Assembly: GCA_036402955.1 (NCBI GenBank)
Contig: DASWRX010000316.1
Location: 4,996 to 68,995, forward strand
Direction: 5' to 3'
Length of the DNA stretch: 64,000 nt
From: Thermoanaerobaculia bacterium
GTDB lineage: Bacteria; Acidobacteriota; Thermoanaerobaculia; Multivoradales; UBA5704
Part shown: positions 19,712 through 29,450 of the stretch, in pieces
Numbering within the stretch: the first letter of the stretch is position 1
Layout of the letters: each line of letters starts with the position of its first letter
Notes under the pieces: generated by a model
Database searches by the model: none
Told to the model about the DNA's origin: nothing
What the model saw: the letters and a program-made list of their open reading frames with translations, nothing else
Translations under genes and position numbers: made by a program

Positions 19712-20230
19712 ATGAACGTTCGATATTGTTTCCTGCTGATGGCGGGTCTGGTGCTGGCCTCGGTGAGCCTGCTGGCGGCGGCCCCCTCGATCCCCGGGAG
19801 CCCCGACCAGGAGGCCACGAAGAAGACGGTCATGGACACCCGGGCCGTGGGCACGGCGATGTGGCACTGGTACAAGAGCGAGGTGGCGCCCAAGCGGAGC
19901 GAGGAGGCCCACAAGAAGGCGCAGGAACAGAACCCGACCAAGGCCGACTTCACGGCCGTGCCGGTGATCTCGCGCGAGGACCTGGCGAAGATCCTGGTCC
20001 CCAGGTACATCGCCGCGATCCCGGAGGCGGACGGCTGGGGCCATCCCTATGAGTTCCGGCTCAACACCCAGGATCCCAACGCCATCCAGGTGATGGCCGT
20101 CCGCAGCCCCGGCAAGGACGGCAAGTTCGCGGGGGACGCGTACGAGGTCGGCGAGTTCGCGAGCACCGACTTCGACCAGGACATCACCTGGCTCGACGGC
20201 TACTTCGTCCGCTGGCCCCAGCCCAAATAG
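19712..20230 (+). CDS. secreted protein with GspG-C-terminal-like (pseudopilin globular) region
   Basis: Sec-type signal peptide. DGWGHPYEF...SPGKDGKF resembles the DPWGxPY...PGxxG...DG core of T2SS major pseudopilins. There is no prepilin methylation motif. Confidence 0.5.
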   Translation: MNVRYCFLLMAGLVLASVSLLAAAPSIPGSPDQEATKKTVMDTRAVGTAMWHWYKSEVAPKRSEEAHKKAQEQNPTKADFTAVPVISREDLAKILVPRYIAAIPEADGWGHPYEFRLNTQDPNAIQVMAVRSPGKDGKFAGDAYEVGEFASTDFDQDITWLDGYFVRWPQPK

Positions 20231-20232
20231 CG

Positions 20233-21021
20233 CTACACCTGCGGGTCGGGGACCAGCAGCCGCTCGATCCCCCGCGCCTTGCCGGTCGCCTCGTCGATGT
20301 CGATGACGGCGCCGGCGAGGCGCACATCGCGCTTGGCGACCTCGAAGGACGAGGGGGTCTGGAGCAGGAAGCGCTTGAGGACCTTGTCCACCCGCATGCC
20401 GATCACCGACTCGTAGGGTCCGGTCATGCCGACGTCGGTCTGCAGCGCGGTCCCCTGCGGCAGCACCCGCTCGTCGGCGGTGGGGACGTGGGTGTGGGTG
20501 CCGAGCACGGCGCTCACCCGGCCGTCGAGGTGGAAGCCCATCGCCTGCTTCTCGCTGGTGGCCTCGGCGTGGAAGTCGACCAGGATCACCTTGTACTTCG
20601 GATCGAGTCCCCGGAGCAGCCGGTCCGCCTTGTGGAAGGGCGAGTCGAGGTTGCTCATGAAGACCATCCCCTCGAGGTTGATCACCGCCACGGGGATGCC
20701 GGCCGGCGTCTCCCCCAGGTGCAACCCCCGGCCGGGGTTCCCGTCGGGGTAGTTGGCCGGGCGCAGGAGCTTGGGATGGCGGTCGAGGAGATCGAGCGCC
20801 TCCTTCTTGTCCCAGACGTGGTTGCCGGTCGTGTAGACGTCGACGGCCAGGTCCTCGATCTCCCGGAGCACGTCCGGGGTGACGCCGAAGCCGCCGGCGG
20901 AGTTCTCGACGTTGACCACCACGTAGTCGGCCCGGTGGTGGTCCACCAGCCGGGGGAGCAGGCTGCGGAGCGCCCGCCGCCCCGGCTTGCCGATCACGTC
21001 GCCGACGAAGAGGAGCTTCAC
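20233..21021 (-). CDS. ymdB: YmdB-family metallophosphoesterase (TIGR00282)
   Basis: GDVIGKPGR, NVENSAGGFG, TTGNHVWD. It sits downstream of rny, as in many bacteria. Confidence 0.85.
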   Translation of the reverse strand: MKLLFVGDVIGKPGRRALRSLLPRLVDHHRADYVVVNVENSAGGFGVTPDVLREIEDLAVDVYTTGNHVWDKKEALDLLDRHPKLLRPANYPDGNPGRGLHLGETPAGIPVAVINLEGMVFMSNLDSPFHKADRLLRGLDPKYKVILVDFHAEATSEKQAMGFHLDGRVSAVLGTHTHVPTADERVLPQGTALQTDVGMTGPYESVIGMRVDKVLKRFLLQTPSSFEVAKRDVRLAGAVIDIDEATGKARGIERLLVPDPQV

Positions 21022-21033
21022 CTCCGAGGCTCC

Positions 21034-22599
21034 CTACCGGGCATACTCGACCGACCGGGTCTCGCGGATCACCGTGACCTTGATCTGGCCCGGGTAGGTC
21101 AGCTCCTGCTCGATCTTGCGGGCGATGTCCTTGGACAGCCAGAGCGCCTGCTCGTCGCCGATCTTGCCGCTGTCGACGATGATGCGAATCTCGCGGCCGG
21201 CCTGGATGGCGAACGTCTTCTGCACCCCCTTGAAGGCCGAGGCGATCTCCTCCAGCTTCTCCAGCCGCTTGACGTAGGTCTCCAGGATCTCGCGCCGGGC
21301 GCCGGGCCGGGCGGCCGAGAGGGCGTCGGCGGCCGTCACCAGCACGGCCTCCACCGTCTGCGGGTCGTAGTCGCCGTGGTGGCAGGCCATCGAGTGGACG
21401 ACCTCCTCGGTCTCCCCGTACTTGCGCAGCAGGTCGATGCCGATCTGCAGGTGGGTGCCGTCCATCTCGCGGTCGATCGCCTTGCCGACGTCGTGCAGCA
21501 GGCCGCCACGGCGGGCCACGGCGACGTTCGCCTTGAGCTCGGCGGCCATGGTGCCGGCGAGGAAGGCGACCTCCTTGCTGTGGTGCAGCACGTTCTGGCC
21601 GTAGGAGGTGCGGTAGCGCAGCCGCCCGAGCAGCTTGATCAGCTCCGGGTGCATGCCGGGGATCCCCAGCTCCAGCAGCGCCGCCTCCCCCTCCTGCAGG
21701 ATCTTCTGCTCGAACTCGGCCTTCACCTTCTCGACGATCTCCTCGATGCGCGCCGGATGGATGCGGCCGTCGACGATCAGCCGCTCGAGCGCCACCCGGG
21801 CTACCTCGCGGCGGAACGGATCGAAGCCGGAGAGGATCACCGCCTCCGGCGTGTCGTCGACGATCAGGTCGACCCCGGTCGCCGTCTCCAGCGCCCGGAT
21901 GTTGCGGCCCTCGCGGCCGATGATGCGCCCCTTCATCTCGTCGTTGGGGAGCATGACCACCGAGACGGTGGTCTCCGAGACGTAGTCCGAGGCGGCGCGC
22001 TGGACGGCCATGCCGATGATGCGCTGGGCCTGGCGGCCGGCCTGCTCGCGGGCCTCGTCCTCCAGGCGCTTGACGATGTGGGCGGCCTCGATGCGGGCCT
22101 CGTCCTCCATCACCCGCACCAGCTCTTCCCGCGCCTGCTGGGCGGTGAGGCCGGCGATCTGCTCGAGCTTGACCCGCTCCTCCTCGATCAGGCTGTTGAA
22201 CTCCGCCTCGCGCTTCTCGACACTCTTCTCACGGGCGCCGAGCGAGCGATCGAGTTGGGAGAGCTCCTTGTCGCGGCGGGCGAGCTCGTCGGTCCGCTTG
22301 TCGAGGCTGTCTTCCTTCTGGGTGAGGCGGCGCTCCTGCGCCTCGAGCTCGGCCCGCCGCTTGCGCGACACCTTCTCGAACTCGCTGCGCGCCTGGAGAA
22401 GCTTCTCGCGCGCGGCCACCTCGGCCTCGCGCATCTGGGTCTCGCCCTGCCGCCGGGCGTCGTCGATGACCTGGGCGGCCTCGCGCTGCGCGGCTTCGAG
22501 CACGCGAGTCCTCTCCTGGCGGATGGCGCGCCATCCGAGGACGAGGACCAGGACCACGGTGAACAGGGTCACCGCGGCGATCACGATTTCGGTATTCAC
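21034..22599 (-). CDS. rny: ribonuclease Y
   Basis: N-terminal TM segment, coiled coil, KH domain ([15 protein letters not shown]) and HD domain (LLHDVGKA). GTG start. Confidence 0.92.
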   Translation of the reverse strand: MNTEIVIAAVTLFTVVLVLVLGWRAIRQERTRVLEAAQREAAQVIDDARRQGETQMREAEVAAREKLLQARSEFEKVSRKRRAELEAQERRLTQKEDSLDKRTDELARRDKELSQLDRSLGAREKSVEKREAEFNSLIEEERVKLEQIAGLTAQQAREELVRVMEDEARIEAAHIVKRLEDEAREQAGRQAQRIIGMAVQRAASDYVSETTVSVVMLPNDEMKGRIIGREGRNIRALETATGVDLIVDDTPEAVILSGFDPFRREVARVALERLIVDGRIHPARIEEIVEKVKAEFEQKILQEGEAALLELGIPGMHPELIKLLGRLRYRTSYGQNVLHHSKEVAFLAGTMAAELKANVAVARRGGLLHDVGKAIDREMDGTHLQIGIDLLRKYGETEEVVHSMACHHGDYDPQTVEAVLVTAADALSAARPGARREILETYVKRLEKLEEIASAFKGVQKTFAIQAGREIRIIVDSGKIGDEQALWLSKDIARKIEQELTYPGQIKVTVIRETRSVEYAR

Positions 22600-22649
22600 C
22601 GGTTACCCCTTATCTACAAAGGGATCCGGCGAGATCTGAGGAGGCTCCC

Positions 22650-22878
22650 CAGATGAGGAGAAGGTAAAGGCATCCCCCACGCGGCCGTGTGGGCCGTGCG
22701 TTTAGAACCTGAAACGCGCCAGGTGGGTGTCCGCTTCGTGAGCCGTTAGCGTCCTCGTACGAGCGAGGCTGGCACAGGCCACACGAGTAAAAGACTCCCG
22801 TGGAATGAATGTTGGTTCTACAATCGTAGTACCCATCACGAACCACGCAGGGGATGCTGACCCTTGATTCATCATATC
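22650..22878 (-). ncRNA. ssrS: candidate 6S RNA
   Basis: Non-coding 290-nt gap directly downstream of zapA. The minus-strand RNA folds by eye into a long rod. 5' GAUGA..AAGG..GCAUCCCCUGCGUGG pairs with 3' CCGCGUGGGGGAUGC..CCUU..UCAUC. An internal helix pairs CGUGUGGCCUGUGC with GCACGGCCCACACG around unpaired central regions. Ends are approximate. Confidence 0.6.
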
Positions 22879-22905
22879 TTGAGCTGCGGCGCCGCCGCCC
22901 CGGTT

Positions 22906-23193
22906 TCAACCTTCCAGGGCATGCGTTAATTCCTCGGTCAGCGCCGCCACCTTCTCCCTGATCTCGACCCGTTCCCCTTCTTGCCGATTCTGAATCTGGA
23001 ACAGCTCGTCCGCGAGATTGAGCGCCGCCAGGATGGCGATCCGGGCCGTATCGCCCTTCACGTGCTCGGCCACCTCCCGCATCCTGCGGTCCACGAGGGC
23101 GGCCAGTTCCTGGAGATGCACGTTCTCATCGGTCCCACGGACGCTATACACCTCGCCGAAGATATCAACCTGCGTTGTGGTTGAAGAGGGCAT
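22906..23193 (-). CDS. zapA: cell division protein ZapA
   Basis: 95 aa: VDIFGEVYSVRG...HLQELAALVDRRM...IAILAALNLADEL matches the ZapA pattern. Trimmed to ATG 23193. Confidence 0.8.
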   Translation of the reverse strand: MPSSTTTQVDIFGEVYSVRGTDENVHLQELAALVDRRMREVAEHVKGDTARIAILAALNLADELFQIQNRQEGERVEIREKVAALTEELTHALEG

Positions 23194-23371
23194 GGTCGGT
23201 CGTCCGTCGGTCGTGCCTGCCCCGGCCAGCAAGTTCCGTAGTGCCAGCGGTTTGGCAGGGGACAATATACCACAGGTGTCAAAACCGCGCGGAAGGGACC
23301 CAACCGGGTGCCGGAATGGCGGGGACCATCCTGTCGTGGAGACCACGACCGGTCGTTCTACAATCCCGGCC

Positions 23372-24430
23372 GTGCCGCTCTACCCCACCCTCCGCCGCCT
23401 GCTCTTCCGGCTCGATCCCGAGGCCAGCCACGGCCTTGGCCTCGGCGCCCTGCGCGCCGCCCGGGCGGTCCCCGGGCTCCCGGATCTCCTCGCCCGGCGG
23501 AACCTGGTGGACGCCGCGCCACTGCGGCAGACCCTCTTCGGCCGCGAGATCGTCAACCCGGTCGGCCTCGCCGCCGGCTTCGACAAGGACGCCGCCGCCG
23601 TGCCTGTCCTGTCCGCCCTCGGCTTCGGCTTCATCGAGGTGGGCACCGTCACCCCGCTCCCCCAAGAGGGCAATCCGCGGCCGCGCCTCTTCCGCCACGC
23701 CGCCGAGCGCAGCCTGCAGAACGCCCTCGGCTTCAACAACGGCGGCATGGCCGCGATGCGCCACCGTCTCGAGAAGGTCTACCCCGCGGCCCTGCCGCTC
23801 GGCGTCAACGTCGGCAAGAACAAGGCGACCCCGCCGGGCAAGGCCCTCGACGACTACGAGATCCTGATCCGCGGCCTCCACGGGTTCTGCGATTACCTGG
23901 TGGTCAATCTCTCCTCGCCCAATACGCCGGGGCTGCGCGACCTCCAGAACGAGACCTTCCTCCGCGCCCTCTTCGGGCTGGCCCGGGAGATCACCGCCCG
24001 GCCGATCCTGGTGAAGATCGCCCCGGACCTGGAGCCCTCGCGGGCGGTCTCCCTGAGCCAGGCCGCCGTCGACGCCGGCGCCGCCGGGGTGATCGCCACC
24101 AACACCACGGTCGACTACTCGCTGCTGCCGGGAGCCCGCGATTCCGGCGGCCTCTCCGGCCGGGTGCTGCGCGAGAAGAGCTTCGGGATCTTCGAGGCGG
24201 TGGCGAGGGCCCTCTTCGGCAGGGCGGTCCTGATCAGCGCCGGCGGCATCGATTCCGGGGTGGAGGCCTACCGGCGGCTCAAGGCCGGCGCGTCGCTGGT
24301 GCAGGTCTACACCGCCCTGGTCTACGAGGGACCGGGCCTGCCGCGGCGGATCAACCGGGAGCTGCTGGCCCTGATGGAGCGGGACGGGGTGAAGGGGATC
24401 GCGGAGGTGATCGGGGCGGACCGGCGGTAG
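23372..24430 (+). CDS. pyrD: dihydroorotate dehydrogenase (quinone)
   Basis: PLYPTLRRLLFRLDPEASH aligns with the PyrD N-terminus. NPVGLAAGFDKD, GFIEVGTVTP, NLSSPNTPGLR. GTG start at 23372; the upstream part of the 470-aa ORF overlaps zapA antisense. Confidence 0.85.
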   Translation: MPLYPTLRRLLFRLDPEASHGLGLGALRAARAVPGLPDLLARRNLVDAAPLRQTLFGREIVNPVGLAAGFDKDAAAVPVLSALGFGFIEVGTVTPLPQEGNPRPRLFRHAAERSLQNALGFNNGGMAAMRHRLEKVYPAALPLGVNVGKNKATPPGKALDDYEILIRGLHGFCDYLVVNLSSPNTPGLRDLQNETFLRALFGLAREITARPILVKIAPDLEPSRAVSLSQAAVDAGAAGVIATNTTVDYSLLPGARDSGGLSGRVLREKSFGIFEAVARALFGRAVLISAGGIDSGVEAYRRLKAGASLVQVYTALVYEGPGLPRRINRELLALMERDGVKGIAEVIGADRR

Positions 24431-24433
24431 GTC

Positions 24434-24784
24434 CTACCCTCCCGCCAACCCCGCCAGCCGTTCCGTCAGCGCCTCCACCCGCCGCCGCACCTCCTCGCGC
24501 TCGACCTCCCAGCTCTTCGCCGCGGCGGCGGCCTCGGCGCGCTCGGTCTCGGCGGCGGCGAGGCTCCGCTCCAACTCGCGGACGCGGGCATGGAGGGCGT
24601 CGAGCTCCGCGTCCGGCTCCCGCTCCGCCTCCGGCCGGGCGGGCGGCGTGACCACTACGGCGAGCCGGGTTTCCAGCTCCTCGACGCGCTCGCGGAGGGT
24701 CCGGTTCTCCTCCCTCATCTCCCCCAGGCGCGCGACGGCGTCGCGGACCCGGGACTCCAGGCTGTCCAGCCACTCGATCTCCAC
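24434..24784 (-). CDS. ZapB-like coiled-coil protein
   Basis: The N-terminus LDSLESRVRDAVARLGEMREENRTLRERVEELE resembles ZapB. The rest is a predicted coiled coil. It lies immediately downstream of pheT. Confidence 0.5.
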   Translation of the reverse strand: MEIEWLDSLESRVRDAVARLGEMREENRTLRERVEELETRLAVVVTPPARPEAEREPDAELDALHARVRELERSLAAAETERAEAAAAAKSWEVEREEVRRRVEALTERLAGLAGG

Positions 24785-24792
24785 GGCTTTGC

Positions 24793-26928
24793 CTACCCCT
24801 TCCAGCCGAAGCGGCGCTCGAGCTCCTGGTTGAGGCCGAGCTGGCGGGCGTTGACCTCTTCCTGGGTGAGCGAGCGCTCGCGCGCGTTGTAGTGGAACGA
24901 GACCGTCGTGTTGGCCGCCCCCTCGGGCACCCCCGGCCCACGGTAGCGCACCTTGAGCTCCCAGGCGACGAGGTCCGGCGGCGCCAGCTCCCGGATCGTC
25001 CGGTCGATCTCCGCCCAGGGGGTCTCGAGCGCATGGGTGAGCGTGAAGTCGGCCGAGATCCCGGGGTAGCGCGACGGGATGGTGATCGCCAGGCTCGGAT
25101 CCCCTCCCGCCAGCGCGTCCATGGCCAGCTCGGCCACGTAGAGCGGATACCCTTCTTCCTCCTCCACCCGGCCGAAATAGCCCACCACGCGGCTGCCCCG
25201 CACCAGCTCCGCCGAGTTGCCGGCGAGCAGGCCCGGCAACGCCGCCGGGCGCACCTCCAGCTCGACGCCGAAGTCGGCGGCCAGCGACTCGATCGTCCCC
25301 TTGAGATCGAACAGGTCGAGCTCCACCTCCCGCTGCCAGGGATTGCCCACCCGGCCGCCGCAGATCAGCCCGATGTGCTCCGGCTGGTCGGGGATCTCCG
25401 GTGTCTTCCCGTGACCGCGCGCGTAGAAGACGGTGGCGATCTCGAACATGCGCACGGCGGCGAGCCCCCGGCGCTGGTTGAAGCGGGCGGTCTCCACCAG
25501 GTTCGGCGCCAGCGAGCGCCGCAGCACCGAGTACGGCTCGGAGAGCGGATTGGCCAGCCGGATCGGCTTCGCCTCCGGCCGCAGGCTGGGGAACGCCGCG
25601 TCCCGCGCCGGATCGAGGAAGGCGAAGTGGATCGTCTCCACGTACCCGGAGGCCGCGAGCTGCCGGCGCGCCCGCTCGCGGCGGATCTGGTACTCCGGCT
25701 TCGGCGCGTCCGCGCCCGGGATGGCCGGCAGGGCCGCCGGAATGCGGTCGAAGCCATACATCCGGATGATCTCTTCATAGAGATCCTGCGGGTAGACCTC
25801 GTGCGGCGGCTCGGGGCGCGGCTGGAAGTCGTAGTAGCGCCAGGAGGGCACCGTGATCGCCCAGGACGCGCCGCCGGAGCGGTCGACGCCGAAGCCGAGA
25901 CCGGCGAGCCACCGCTCGGCGTCGCGGGGATCGATCCCGGCGCCGGCGAAGGCGTCGAGCTTCGCCGGATTGAGATGGCCGTGGCGGTGCCAGGAGCGCC
26001 CCGCGGCCCGCGCGTCCATGGCGCCGGCGAGCACGGTCCCCCCGGCCACCTCGGCGATCAGGGCGGCGGCCCGGCCCACCGCCTCGGCACAGATCTCCGG
26101 GTCGGCGCCGCGCTCGAAGCGGTGGCTGGCGTCGGTGTGGAGCCCGAACCGCCGGGCCGCCACGCGCACCCGCCGGCGGTCGAAATGGGCGCCCTCGATC
26201 AGGACGTCACGGGTGGCGTCCGTGACCTCGCTGTCCAGGCCGCCCATCACCCCCGCCAGGCCGACCGGACGCCCGGTTTCGGCGGCACCGTCGGCGATCA
26301 CCAGGATCTCGGGGTCTAGCCCGCGCTCGACGCCGTCGAGGGTGGTCAGCCGCTCCCCCGCACGCGCCCGCCGCACCACGATGGCCGGCCCCGCGAGCTT
26401 GGCGAGATCGTAGGCGTGGAGCGGCTGCCCCAGCTCCCAGAGAATGAAGTTGGTGACGTCCACCACGTTGTTGATCGACCGCAGGCCGATCGCCGCGAGG
26501 CGGCCGCGCAGCCACTCCGGGCTGGGACCCACCCGGACGCCGCGGACCACCCGGGCGGCGAAGCGCGGGCACCCTTCGGCGTCCTCGACCTCCACCCGGG
26601 CGGCGCCGGTGACACGTTCGTTCCCTTGCCCCGGGTCAGACGTAGGGGAGGGGCTTGTCCCCTCCCGGGCGGGGGCAAGCCCCGCCCCTACTTCGGTCCC
26701 CGGACGCCGGAGCGGCACACCGTAGATCGTCGCGATCTCCCGCGCCAACCCGAGGTGATTCATGCAGTCGGGACGGTTGGTGGTGACGTCGACGTCCAGC
26801 ACCGTATCCGTGCCGTGGGCGGACATCCCCTCGACGGCGAAGCCGGCGGCGGTCAGCCGTCGGGCGAGGTCGGCGGAATCGGCCGGGAGGTCGACGTAGT
26901 CGGCGAGCCAGGCGAGGGAGAACTCCAC
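24793..26928 (-). CDS. pheT: phenylalanine--tRNA ligase beta subunit
   Basis: Full-length PheT similarity (MEFSLAWLADYVDL..., B3/4, B5 and FDX-ACB regions). Confidence 0.9.
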   Translation of the reverse strand: MEFSLAWLADYVDLPADSADLARRLTAAGFAVEGMSAHGTDTVLDVDVTTNRPDCMNHLGLAREIATIYGVPLRRPGTEVGAGLAPAREGTSPSPTSDPGQGNERVTGAARVEVEDAEGCPRFAARVVRGVRVGPSPEWLRGRLAAIGLRSINNVVDVTNFILWELGQPLHAYDLAKLAGPAIVVRRARAGERLTTLDGVERGLDPEILVIADGAAETGRPVGLAGVMGGLDSEVTDATRDVLIEGAHFDRRRVRVAARRFGLHTDASHRFERGADPEICAEAVGRAAALIAEVAGGTVLAGAMDARAAGRSWHRHGHLNPAKLDAFAGAGIDPRDAERWLAGLGFGVDRSGGASWAITVPSWRYYDFQPRPEPPHEVYPQDLYEEIIRMYGFDRIPAALPAIPGADAPKPEYQIRRERARRQLAASGYVETIHFAFLDPARDAAFPSLRPEAKPIRLANPLSEPYSVLRRSLAPNLVETARFNQRRGLAAVRMFEIATVFYARGHGKTPEIPDQPEHIGLICGGRVGNPWQREVELDLFDLKGTIESLAADFGVELEVRPAALPGLLAGNSAELVRGSRVVGYFGRVEEEEGYPLYVAELAMDALAGGDPSLAITIPSRYPGISADFTLTHALETPWAEIDRTIRELAPPDLVAWELKVRYRGPGVPEGAANTTVSFHYNARERSLTQEEVNARQLGLNQELERRFGWKG

Positions 26929-26932
26929 GGGG

Positions 26933-27985
26933 CTATCCCCTCACCTGGCGCAGCAGCCGCTCGTCGTTCTCGAACAGCAGGCGGATGTTGGGGATGCCGC
27001 CGTAGCGGTTCATCGCCACCCGGTCGACGCCCATGCCGAAGGCGAAGCCGGAGTAGACGTCGGGATCGATGCCGCAGCCGGCTAGGACGCGCGGATCGAC
27101 CATGCCGCAGCCGAGGATCTCCATCCAGCCGGTGCCGGAGCAGACCTCGCAGCCGGTCCCCTTGCAGGTCTGGCAGGTGACGTCCACCTCGGCCGACGGC
27201 TCGGTGAACGGGAAGAAGCTCGGCCGCAGGCGGATCTCGACGTCGGGAGCGAACAGCCGCCGCAGGAAGGCGAGCAGCGTCCCCTTGAGATGGCCGACGG
27301 TGATCCCCTCGGCGATCGCCAGCCCCTCCACCTGGTGGAACATGGGCGAGTGGCGCAGGTCGTTGTCGTTGCGGAACACCCGGCCCGGGCAGATTACCCG
27401 GATCGGCGGCCGGCGCGACAGCATGGTGCGGATCTGCACCGGCGAGGTGTGGGTGCGCAGCAGCAACCCGTCCTCGAGAAAGAAGGTGTCCTGCGTGTCG
27501 CGCGCCGGGTGGTCCGGCGGGAAGTTCAGGGCCTCGAAGTTGTGGTAGTCGTCCTCCACCTCGGGCCCCTCGGCAACGCTGTAGCCCAGCTCGGCAAAGA
27601 TCTCCTCCATCTCCCGGATGACCAGGGTCACCGGGTGGAGGCTCCCCAGCCCCGGGCGCCGGCCGGGCAGGGTGACGTCTACCGCCGCCGCCCGGCGCGC
27701 CGCCTCCCGCTCGCGGGCGAGCAGCGAGGCGTCGAGCTCGGCCAGCTTCTGCTCCACCGCCTCCTTGAGCCGGTTGACCGCCTCGCCATAGGCGCGGCGG
27801 CTGGCCGGCTCGACCGCCTTGATGCCGTCGAGCAGCGCGCGGACGGTCCCCTGCTTGCGGCCGACCCACTGCACGCGCAGGGCCTCCCAGCCCGCGCGGT
27901 CGCGGACCTCGCCAAGAGCGCGCTCGAACTCCTGGCCCGCAGCCTCCACGGCGGCGATCCCCGCCGGGGTCTCGCCGGCGCTCAC
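26933..27985 (-). CDS. pheS: phenylalanine--tRNA ligase alpha subunit
   Basis: Class II aaRS motifs (FPPDHPARD, GRVFRND, GFAFGMGVDR). GTG start. Confidence 0.92.
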   Translation of the reverse strand: MSAGETPAGIAAVEAAGQEFERALGEVRDRAGWEALRVQWVGRKQGTVRALLDGIKAVEPASRRAYGEAVNRLKEAVEQKLAELDASLLAREREAARRAAAVDVTLPGRRPGLGSLHPVTLVIREMEEIFAELGYSVAEGPEVEDDYHNFEALNFPPDHPARDTQDTFFLEDGLLLRTHTSPVQIRTMLSRRPPIRVICPGRVFRNDNDLRHSPMFHQVEGLAIAEGITVGHLKGTLLAFLRRLFAPDVEIRLRPSFFPFTEPSAEVDVTCQTCKGTGCEVCSGTGWMEILGCGMVDPRVLAGCGIDPDVYSGFAFGMGVDRVAMNRYGGIPNIRLLFENDERLLRQVRG

Positions 27986-27986
27986 C

Positions 27987-28382
27987 TCAGGCCTCCGCGG
28001 AAACGGCGTGCGCGGGGGTGCCCTGGCCCTCGAGCGCCGTCTTCGCCAGCTCCGCCAGGCCCGCGAAACCCGCGGGGTCGGTGACGGCCAGATCGGCCAG
28101 CACCTTGCGGTCGAGCAGCGAGCCGGCGGCGTTGAGGCCGGCGATCAGGCGGCTGTAGTTGAGCCCGTGGAGCCGGGCGGCGGCGTTGATGCGGACGATC
28201 CAGAGGCTGCGGAGCTGCCGCTTCTTCTGCCGCCGGTCGCGGTAGGCGTAGACGCCGGCCTTGTCCACGGCCTGCTTGGCCATGCGGTAGGCGTTCGACT
28301 TGGTGCCCCAGAAGCCACTGGAGAGCTTGAGGATCTTCTTGCGTTTCAGCAGGCGCTTATTACCGCGCTTGACACGAGCCAT
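27987..28382 (-). CDS. rplT: 50S ribosomal protein L20
   Basis: [20 protein letters not shown]...YRDRRQKKR. Confidence 0.95.
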   Translation of the reverse strand: MARVKRGNKRLLKRKKILKLSSGFWGTKSNAYRMAKQAVDKAGVYAYRDRRQKKRQLRSLWIVRINAAARLHGLNYSRLIAGLNAAGSLLDRKVLADLAVTDPAGFAGLAELAKTALEGQGTPAHAVSAEA

Positions 28383-28536
28383 CTCTCGAACCTCGTTTCT
28401 GCTCCACGCCCGTGACAGGGGGAGCGGTAAGACCCGCGCTCAGCATCTCGACGCCGAGGGGGCCGCGGCTCCGGGGGGCAGGTCCTTCCCTCCGGATACC
28501 GGATTGTGATGTCGGGCCGACCCCGCGGGCCGACTC

Positions 28537-28731
28537 CTACTGGTGCAGCATGTTCTTGATCGTGCTGGCGAAAGCGGGCGAGACCTCCACGGACTTGCGC
28601 AGCTTGCGCTTCCGCTTGGTGGTCTTCTTGGTCAGGATGTGGCTGTGCATCGACTGGTGACGCGTCACCTTGCCCGTCCCCGTGACCTTGAAACGCTTCG
28701 CGGCACCCTTGTGCGTCTTCTGCTTCGGCAC
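28537..28731 (-). CDS. rpmI: 50S ribosomal protein L35
   Basis: [21 protein letters not shown]. Confidence 0.95.
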   Translation of the reverse strand: MPKQKTHKGAAKRFKVTGTGKVTRHQSMHSHILTKKTTKRKRKLRKSVEVSPAFASTIKNMLHQ

Positions 28732-28804
28732 GGGTGTCTCCTTTCCCCGAGGGGGAGCCGACTCCCCCTCTACGAAATTTCCGCCGGCGAGGCGAGCCCG
28801 CCGG

Positions 28805-29362
28805 CTATCCAGTTCTCTGATCGCCCGAGTCGGAGGCCTTCTTTGGCCCGGTGTGACGCGGCGGACCGAAGATGACGTGCATCCGGTTGCCCGCCATTTC
28901 GGGCGACGATTCTAGCACTCCATGCTCCCCCAGGTCAGCCTCGAAGCGCTTGAGCAGCTTGTGGCCGAGATCCTGGCGCGCCATCTCGCGGCCCCGGAAC
29001 TGGACGGTGGCCTTCACCTTGTCCCCTTCGCCGAGGAACCGGATGGCGTTCTTGAGCTTGAAGTCGTAGTCGTGCTCGTCGATGTTGGGCCGGAACTTGA
29101 CCTCTTTGACGTGGATGATCTTCTGCTTCTTCTTCGACTCATGCGCCTTCTTCTTCTGCTGGTACAGGAACTTGCCGAAATCCATGATCCGGCAGACCGG
29201 CGGCTTGGCCGTGGGGGCCACCTCCACCAGGTCGAGAGTCTTCTCCTGCGCCCGCCGCAGCGCCTCTTCGATCGGCACGATGCCGCCCGGTCCGCCTTCC
29301 TCATCCACCAGGCGCACTTCGCGAACCCGGATGCGCTCGTTGATCCGCGTCGTCTTGTCGAT
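28805..29362 (-). CDS. infC: translation initiation factor IF-3 (non-canonical ATC start)
   Basis: The ORF-track GTG start (29317) cuts off the conserved [16 protein letters not shown]. An in-frame TGA lies 2 codons upstream of an ATC at 29362, which follows GGGGG by 9 nt. Confidence 0.82.
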   Translation of the reverse strand: MDKTTRINERIRVREVRLVDEEGGPGGIVPIEEALRRAQEKTLDLVEVAPTAKPPVCRIMDFGKFLYQQKKKAHESKKKQKIIHVKEVKFRPNIDEHDYDFKLKNAIRFLGEGDKVKATVQFRGREMARQDLGHKLLKRFEADLGEHGVLESSPEMAGNRMHVIFGPPRHTGPKKASDSGDQRTG

Positions 29363-29450
29363 GTCAGCTCACCCCCTGAGAGCGTCGGGCCGTGGCCCGT
29401 AGGATCGTGTTCAGATGGTTCTCCTTTGGTTGGTTCACAACAACAGGTGC

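Noticed and set aside
20488-22656. 722-aa plus-strand ORF spanning the ymdB and rny loci
   Set aside because: It lies antisense to two genes with unmistakable family matches. The product is Arg/Leu/Gly/Asp-rich with no recognisable motif. This is the typical shadow ORF of very GC-rich DNA.
19855-22790. Other TGGCAC hits (about 19862 inside the GspG-like gene; about 22768 inside the 6S candidate)
   Set aside because: There is no GC dinucleotide at the -12 spacing, and they lie inside a gene or RNA. They were not called as sigma-54 promoters.
22610-22909. 99-aa minus-strand ORF between rny and zapA
   Set aside because: It has no SD, an odd composition (Cys/Arg/Tyr-rich), and it overlaps the rny start. 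The region is better explained as a structured RNA (6S candidate).
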